From an uncultured virus (IMG/VR IMGVR_UViG_3300011906_000002) (Duplodnaviria > Heunggongvirae > Uroviricota > Caudoviricetes), in the IMG/VR virus record IMGVR_UViG_3300011906_000002, positions 1-64,000 of that record: a stretch of 64,000 bases of DNA. One strand, 5' to 3'. The notes beneath the pieces are model-generated. The model was given only the letters and a program-made list of their open reading frames with translations, was not told where the DNA came from and did no database searches. Positions 58,207 to 64,000 of the stretch are shown one piece after another (position 1 is the first letter of the stretch; each line of letters starts with the position of its first letter). The position numbers and the translations under genes were made by a program.

Positions 58207-58767
58207 ATGAACCTCATTGAGAACTTGGTACAAACCGCTGCTGAAGAAGCAGCTGAACTGGCTGTGGCCTTTTCCAAGGGTAACCGTTTCACCCTCCAAT
58301 CGATCGACCCGAAGACGCAGAAGCCTTCACACGAAACCATCGTGGCCAAGATGAACGACATCCTGGCTGTGATCGAACTATTGCGTGACCGTGGCGTGAT
58401 CCTGGCTGGCATCGGCGACCCGACTTCGGTGGGTGAGTCCAAGAAGAAGTTCGTCGAACACTTGGAAATCTCCCAAAAGGCGGGTGCGTTGGTTCTGTCT
58501 GAAAACGACAACAACCCCAAGCCTGGCGTTGTGATCGGTGGTGCTAACGAAGCCGATACCGGGCTGCCGAACGAAGGCGGTGAGAACGACGAAGGTACTG
58601 ATCCTGCCGATCTGACCAACACTGACGCTGACGCAGGTGGTGATCCAACCGGCGGTGCAGAAAACGGTGAGGAAGAAGAGCAGGAAGAGCAGGAAGAAGA
58701 ACAGGAGCAGGAAGAGGAAGAAGAATCCGAATCCGGCGACGAAGAGCAGGAAGAAGAAAACCAGTAA
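58207..58767 (+). CDS. MazG-like (NTP pyrophosphatase fold) N-domain plus acidic disordered tail
   Basis: EEAAEL....SK..RF and NDILAVIELL; E/D/G-rich C-terminal half. Confidence 0.5.
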   Translation: MNLIENLVQTAAEEAAELAVAFSKGNRFTLQSIDPKTQKPSHETIVAKMNDILAVIELLRDRGVILAGIGDPTSVGESKKKFVEHLEISQKAGALVLSENDNNPKPGVVIGGANEADTGLPNEGGENDEGTDPADLTNTDADAGGDPTGGAENGEEEEQEEQEEEQEQEEEEESESGDEEQEEENQ

Positions 58768-58782
58768 TGTGCGAGGTGGCTT

Positions 58783-59121
58783 GTGGTAGTGGTCAAAGAG
58801 TTTGTTAACTTTGCGTTAACGAGCCGTGATTTGCTTGGTGGTGAAACACTGTTCTACCTACCTGTGGATATCCATGGTCAGGTGGTTGGTGCACCTCAAG
58901 CCCATTTACTACACGCCTACCTGTTCAACTGGGTGAAGAATGAAGGTCCGATTCTTCCGTGTGGTTACGACGCTTGGGATGCCTTTGCGTTGTGTCTGTA
59001 CCAGGAACGCCTAGGGCATGCTTATCATGCCTTAGGTAAACCTGCCCGTGAGTTTGATGCAGGGGGTTGGGGTAGTTTTCAACGATATGAACCAGCTGAC
59101 CTTAAATGGGAGTTGTCATGA
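58783..59121 (+). CDS. Hypothetical protein
   Basis: GAGGT SD with GTG start; ATGA overlap with the next gene. Confidence 0.6.
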   Translation: MVVVKEFVNFALTSRDLLGGETLFYLPVDIHGQVVGAPQAHLLHAYLFNWVKNEGPILPCGYDAWDAFALCLYQERLGHAYHALGKPAREFDAGGWGSFQRYEPADLKWELS

Positions 59122-59600
59122 AATTCACACGGCGTACGCTTACCCAAGCCGAAGCCCAATCAACGCAAGCTAATCGAGTACTGACTCTGAACCCTACGCT
59201 TAAGGCAGCGGCGAGTACTGAGTACACCAAAGATCGATTGCGTTTGTTGGTCTTGGTACTCGGTGAAGAGTTTGCTCTTTACACCGTTGCGGCATGTGCT
59301 AACAAAGATCACCTCTATCAAGTTCTTGAACGCGCTGGGGTGGTGGTTGAACTGTTTATGCAGGAGTTTGAAGAAGACCCTGTAACAGACCTGCAGCTCT
59401 CGATGGCTGTAGTGGTTTTGAAATCTCTATTCCCGTTTAACGTCAAACAGATGCAAACTCGGGTGATCAATATCCGCCGGTTTTTGCGAGACTTCGAAGG
59501 TTGGCCGTTGGACTTCAAGAAATACATGGAAGAGTTGTTGATCATAGATCGTCACATCGACAACCGCGCTACGATTCATTTGTTTGGATTGGTGCCATAA
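59118..59600 (+). CDS. Hypothetical protein
   Basis: GGAG SD; ATGA coupling. Confidence 0.65.
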   Translation: MKFTRRTLTQAEAQSTQANRVLTLNPTLKAAASTEYTKDRLRLLVLVLGEEFALYTVAACANKDHLYQVLERAGVVVELFMQEFEEDPVTDLQLSMAVVVLKSLFPFNVKQMQTRVINIRRFLRDFEGWPLDFKKYMEELLIIDRHIDNRATIHLFGLVP

Positions 59601-59634
59601 GCCTACAGGGAGGCCGAAGCCTCCCTGTATGCCG
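59594..59634. terminator. Bidirectional hairpin between convergent genes
   Basis: TACAGGGAGGC-CGAA-GCCTCCCTGTA with a flanking TATGCCG. Confidence 0.7.
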
Positions 59635-59636
59635 CC

Positions 59637-60254
59637 TTAGCGTGGAATGATACCGTTTTCTTGTAACAGTTCTACGAGGATCTTGTTCTGCTCTTCCAAG
59701 CGAGTGCACTTGGTTTGTAGCTCCAGCGCTTTAGCCCGATCGGTGGTACGTAGCTTGATTGCAGCTTGACGCCCTACCTCCAAAGCTTCGTGTTGCTCTG
59801 GTGTGACAATGCCACTGGAGATAGCACGTGCCAGTTGGACAGCAGGTTCTACGCCTATGACATCCGAGACCAATGACGCCATCTGTGCTTTAAGGAAATC
59901 AAAGTTCAGAAAGTCAGGCACAGCGCCCAGTGTAACGGCCAACACGATGTGGTTGTAGGTTACGTCACTGAGATTGGGATACGATTCAATGTAGGTGTCT
60001 GGTACGAAGATCGGTGGCTCGGTTTCAGACATCAGGGTAACTAACAAAGCCCCTGCTGCTAAGTCACGGTTGTATTCAACCTGAGACAATCCAATCTTGA
60101 CATACACCTCATTCAAGACATCCTCACCGGCTACCTCACACTCTGCAAAGGTGCGCAGGGCGGTACAGGTATAGAGTACAGTGTCCTCGGTCACAAAAGG
60201 ACTAACGAGGGTATACCGTCCTTTGGTTAACAATGGGGGGGTCATGCGGGTCAT
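59637..60254 (-). CDS. Conserved jumbo-phage protein, probably virion-associated
   Basis: TPP....G...L..PF, Y...Y...GL...Y..D and VP..YI.SYP; C-terminal coiled coil. Confidence 0.6.
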   Translation of the reverse strand: MTRMTPPLLTKGRYTLVSPFVTEDTVLYTCTALRTFAECEVAGEDVLNEVYVKIGLSQVEYNRDLAAGALLVTLMSETEPPIFVPDTYIESYPNLSDVTYNHIVLAVTLGAVPDFLNFDFLKAQMASLVSDVIGVEPAVQLARAISSGIVTPEQHEALEVGRQAAIKLRTTDRAKALELQTKCTRLEEQNKILVELLQENGIIPR

Positions 60255-60332
60255 GTGAGAACCTTTAGAGTAAGCGAAGTCATTAAATAGGCGTCATACA
60301 GCGAGGGTCGCCCCCCGCTGCACGAGTATTAC

Positions 60333-63149
60333 TTAGACCGGAGCCGGAGCTACGTAATCTGGGTTGGTGAAGAATGCTTCATCCAGATCACCTGCCACAG
60401 CAACAGCCGTGTTGGTGTAACGTACGGCACGCACCACACCGTTGACCTTGGTCATGGTGTACTGTTCCATACGCGGTACCGACACCACGTTACCGCCACC
60501 GAAGGTTACTGCTACGCCGGTGTTGTTCACGAAACGCATTTCCATTTCGTACGGCAGGTCTGTTTCCACGTTGAACGTGATCAGTACCGGCTCAGCCGAT
60601 TGGATGCGGATCTCGGAACGGTGGTAACGAGCGCTATCGATCACCAGTTCAGTACCGGTGAAGGTCGCGATCTCCCACTCCTTGTCAGCCATCATGGTCC
60701 AGTCGTAGTACACGTTGTCCGACAGGGCTTCGAAGCCGTTGTAGAACAGAGTCTGACCAGGCACGACGCGCAGGCTGTTGTTACCAACAATCTGGCAATG
60801 CTTGGACAGGCGGGCTACACAACCGAGCATTGGCTCGTTCATGACAGTCCACTCAGTGTCTTCGATACCCGCACGCATGATAACGTACTGAGGACCTTCC
60901 TGAGCTGCAGAGACCGCACCACGCAGAGTCATGCCATCCTGGTTGGTGTAGTTCAGCAGGTTGCCTGGCAGCAGACGCTTAACGCCAATGGCGTAGATAG
61001 TGTCGACCTGTTCCATGACGGAGTTGGTCTTCACATCTGCCCACACGTCAGCCGGCGAAGGCATTACGTAGGCTTCGTCATCCAGGCTGCCATTGACATG
61101 GACAACCGGGTAGAACAGACGACCAGGCTGGACAGCCGCGTCGATGACTTCCATGAGGCTCTTGCCTTGCAGCTTAGCCGAGTCAACGGCTTGAGCAGTG
61201 GCATCCAGCTTGGAAGCTTGCAGAGCAACAACCTGTGCGTACAGGCTAGCCAGTGTAGTACCGGCAACCATATCCACACCGGAGATCTGCTGAATGGCAG
61301 CCAGAACTTCTTGGTCGGTGTACTGCTTGGCAACAGTTTCTACAGCAGCCAGAGCATCGGTGTTGTTCAGAAGCGCAGCCGCGATCTCTTCGATCGTGTC
61401 GAGCGTCTCAGGAGCCGCACCTACTTTCTCAGCCCAGCGAGCATCGAAAGCCTGCTTGGCAGTGACGGGGGTCATGAACTTGTCAGTGACCAGACCGGCA
61501 GTCGCTTCGGTACCGCTAGCAGTCAAGTCAGCAATCGACTTGCCTTCCAACTTAGCCGAGTCTACAGCTTGCGCAGTAGCGTCGAGCTTGCCGGATTCCA
61601 GCGCGGTTGCCCGAGCTTCAACGGCATCCATTTCACCCGACAGGCGAGTGTCCAGTGCTTCACGGGCCGCAACTTCGGTGGCCAGATCAACAGCAGTGGC
61701 TTTCTCACCCAGCGTCACTTCGAACGCGTCGAGGATCTGCTTGAAGGTACGAACCGTCTCGCCTTCTACGTCACTGGCCAGGGCCAGGGAGTATTGACCC
61801 ATGTCGTCGGTCTTGAAGACCAGGTTCGACATATCCACGCCAGCTTGTGCATCAGCAATGACCTGTTCCAGCGTCTTGCCACCGAGCATGGCCGAGTCAA
61901 CGGCTTGTGCATCAACGTCCAGCTTGCCGGACAGGTCCAGTGCATCCAGGGCTGCTTTAAGAGCCAGCGCAGTGATGTACTTGGCATCGTCGGTACCAGC
62001 GATAGCTTCTTCGCCAGTGGCCTTGGCTGCGATGAACGCATCCAGAGCAGCTTGCAGGTCAGCCAGACCTTCAGTCGATGCAGCACCACCAGCGGCGATT
62101 GCAGCATTGATGTCAGCGATGATCTGCGACAGAGCAACTTCAGCAGCGCCTTCGCCTTCACCAACCAGAAGGGTGTTAGTGGCGATGTTGCTACCCACTT
62201 CAACCTTGGTCGACAGCGCAGTGTTGATGCCGTCAACGGCTGCGTCTACGTCAGCTTGATTGGCCTTGAGGGCCAGGGCTTCGGCTGTACCAGTGGCGTT
62301 CTGTTCAACCTTGGCGTCAAGCGCTTCAGTTGCAGCAACTTGTGCCTGGTCAGCAGCTTCCAGACCGTTAAGGACTTGCTTGATCGACTGAGCTTCAGCA
62401 CCTTCGGCCAGAGTGACCATGTACTGACTGAAGTCATCAGTCTTGAGCACGACGTTGGACATGTCCACGCCGTCGCGTGCCAGAGCCAGGACTTCGTCCA
62501 GAGTCTTGCCAGCGAACAGGTTAGCGTTGTTGGCATTGCCGTCAACGTCAAAGTAGCTCATCACCTTGGCTTCAAAGGCTGCAGTGGCAGTCTCCAGAGC
62601 TTCGATGGCAGTGGCGTTAACGCCAATGCTGGACATCAGGTTGTTGATGACGTCCGGGTCGTTGTTCAGTGCAGCGGAGATTTCCTGAATGGTATTCAGG
62701 GTTTCCGGCGAGGAACCAACCAGTTCATCGATCTTGGTCTGAGCGATCTTAACCGCCAGCATGGCAGTGACGTACTTGTCAGCAGCGCCAGCCAGGGCTT
62801 CGGCTTCGGTCGCAACACCGTAGTTAACGACGTTACCCAGACCGATGGATTCAGCAGTGACGTTGCTGATGTCGCCTTCCAGTTCGAGGCGCAGGGCGTC
62901 GATGGCAGCAACCAGCTGAGCATTACGCTCGCTTTCCAGCGTGGTGAGGTCCTTGCCACCTACAGCCAGTGCGTTGTCGGCAGTGCCGGCAGTGGCGGCT
63001 TTACCAGCGAGGATCAGGCTGGTGATTTCAGCCAGAGACTTGCCTTCGAGCAACAGAGAGTCCGGCGCAACTTTGTTGGCCAGAGCGGTAACCAAGCGTT
63101 GAAGAGCCGATTTCAGGGCAACTTCGAGTTCCGCGTTAGACATTGCCAT
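60333..63149 (-). CDS. Long Ala-rich fibre/structural protein with internal repeats
   Basis: Repeats AT..EA.AG...K..T, GSSPETLNTIQEI.AAL and KLD..AQAVDSA.L.GK; strong codon bias. Confidence 0.75.
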   Translation of the reverse strand: MAMSNAELEVALKSALQRLVTALANKVAPDSLLLEGKSLAEITSLILAGKAATAGTADNALAVGGKDLTTLESERNAQLVAAIDALRLELEGDISNVTAESIGLGNVVNYGVATEAEALAGAADKYVTAMLAVKIAQTKIDELVGSSPETLNTIQEISAALNNDPDVINNLMSSIGVNATAIEALETATAAFEAKVMSYFDVDGNANNANLFAGKTLDEVLALARDGVDMSNVVLKTDDFSQYMVTLAEGAEAQSIKQVLNGLEAADQAQVAATEALDAKVEQNATGTAEALALKANQADVDAAVDGINTALSTKVEVGSNIATNTLLVGEGEGAAEVALSQIIADINAAIAAGGAASTEGLADLQAALDAFIAAKATGEEAIAGTDDAKYITALALKAALDALDLSGKLDVDAQAVDSAMLGGKTLEQVIADAQAGVDMSNLVFKTDDMGQYSLALASDVEGETVRTFKQILDAFEVTLGEKATAVDLATEVAAREALDTRLSGEMDAVEARATALESGKLDATAQAVDSAKLEGKSIADLTASGTEATAGLVTDKFMTPVTAKQAFDARWAEKVGAAPETLDTIEEIAAALLNNTDALAAVETVAKQYTDQEVLAAIQQISGVDMVAGTTLASLYAQVVALQASKLDATAQAVDSAKLQGKSLMEVIDAAVQPGRLFYPVVHVNGSLDDEAYVMPSPADVWADVKTNSVMEQVDTIYAIGVKRLLPGNLLNYTNQDGMTLRGAVSAAQEGPQYVIMRAGIEDTEWTVMNEPMLGCVARLSKHCQIVGNNSLRVVPGQTLFYNGFEALSDNVYYDWTMMADKEWEIATFTGTELVIDSARYHRSEIRIQSAEPVLITFNVETDLPYEMEMRFVNNTGVAVTFGGGNVVSVPRMEQYTMTKVNGVVRAVRYTNTAVAVAGDLDEAFFTNPDYVAPAPV

Positions 63150-63234
63150 TGTATTTCATCCCCATGGACTGAATATAAACAAACCGTCCCAATTGTCAAG
63201 AACGGTCTTAAGAGTACTTACTTAAATACAAGTG

Positions 63235-64000
63235 TTACTGTACCGGTACTTCTTCTACAGGCCCTTCGATCTCAGCAGCCAGGCGGTTGAGTTCGTCGAT
63301 CAGAGCTTGGGTGGAAGCGTCACTGTACAGCTGAGCGGATTCAACGCTGGAAGCTGCAGTGGTATCGGCGTAAGCTTTGGCATCAACCAGGGCGGCATCA
63401 GCTTTGGCTTGTGCACCGGCAGGCGTTTCCTTGGTAGCGATCTGGTCAACCAGACCTTGGATCACATCCGGGTTGTTCTGCAGCGCAGTGGCCAACTCTT
63501 GAATGGTGTTCAGTGCTTCAGGAGCGGAACCGACCAGGTCGTTGACGGCTTGATCAATAGCACCTTTAACTGCCATGGCAGTGGTGTACTTGGCATCATC
63601 CAGACCGGCAATGACTTCAGCGGTAGTGGCTTTAGCAGCAACAAACGCATTGAAGGCAGCCTGTAGCGCTTCGAGGTCACTGGCATCGCCTGCTTCAGAA
63701 ATACCCGCCTGAAGCTGAGCAATCAGAACGCTCAGGGCAACCTGTTGAGCCGCTTCACCTTCACCTTGAGTGACAGTGTTGGTGGAGATGTCGCCACCTA
63801 CGTCAACTTTACCAGCCGACAGACGGGTGTCAACTTCAACGATTTTGTCGTCAAGTGCTTGGTCTGCAGTGGTACGCGCCAGAACTTCAGCGTCAACACG
63901 GTCGTTAACGGCCTGTACACCAGCTGTAAAGTCTGCCTGTGTTTGGGTGACTTCAGCATCGAGATCACTTACACGAGTGTCCAGCGCAGCAATTGCAGCG
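63235..64000 (-). CDS. Partial (5' end beyond the window) paralogue of the 60333-63149 fibre protein
   Basis: The frame stays open to the window edge; KVDVGGDISTNT..QGEGEAA and GSAPEALNTIQELA.AL match segments of 60333-63149. Confidence 0.8.
   Translation of the reverse strand, partial: AAIAALDTRVSDLDAEVTQTQADFTAGVQAVNDRVDAEVLARTTADQALDDKIVEVDTRLSAGKVDVGGDISTNTVTQGEGEAAQQVALSVLIAQLQAGISEAGDASDLEALQAAFNAFVAAKATTAEVIAGLDDAKYTTAMAVKGAIDQAVNDLVGSAPEALNTIQELATALQNNPDVIQGLVDQIATKETPAGAQAKADAALVDAKAYADTTAASSVESAQLYSDASTQALIDELNRLAAEIEGPVEEVPVQ

Noticed and set aside
58200..58796. Ser-rich 198-aa minus-strand ORF (and similar ORFs at 22928-23421)
   Set aside because: Antisense reading of GAA/GAG-rich acidic tails.
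60600..63290. 896-aa ORF antisense to the fibre gene
   Set aside because: Same codon-bias shadow effect.

Overview
This window is a 64-kb segment of a phiKZ-like (nucleus-forming type) jumbo myophage genome; no host chromosomal genes are evident. From left to right it carries class Ia ribonucleotide reductase (nrdB/nrdA); a block of small accessory genes (DHH phosphoesterase, DHFR, DUF1353-like); a ~950-nt highly structured non-coding region; a DnaB-like helicase; the major capsid protein; a split multisubunit RNA-polymerase beta-like subunit; a Q/N- and GW-repeat-rich protein; a portal-like protein and virion proteins; RuvC; a spanin/holin/endolysin region; tail fibres; a PAAR protein and central spike; SbcC/Rad50; and two long alanine-rich fibre paralogues, the last running off the window. 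The standout is an ~11-kb co-oriented operon (35079-45975) between the endolysin and the tail-fibre genes. It encodes six radical-SAM proteins with Cys-rich SPASM-like C-termini, two 2OG-Fe(II)-type oxygenases, a JmjC-like cupin and a 203-aa protein ending in CHSN-CHSD-CHSN-RGRR, and looks like a RiPP-style post-translational modification system that may act on a virion or tail-associated protein. Other notable signals are a five-member family of small adhesin-like genes plus an internally deleted sixth copy, a Hint/intein-like insertion in the NrdA active-site loop, and recurrent intergenic motifs (CGGCATA plus hairpin, ATGGTATA, TATATTAC-like). phiKZ gene-number equivalences come from recalled gene order and motifs, not from a database search.
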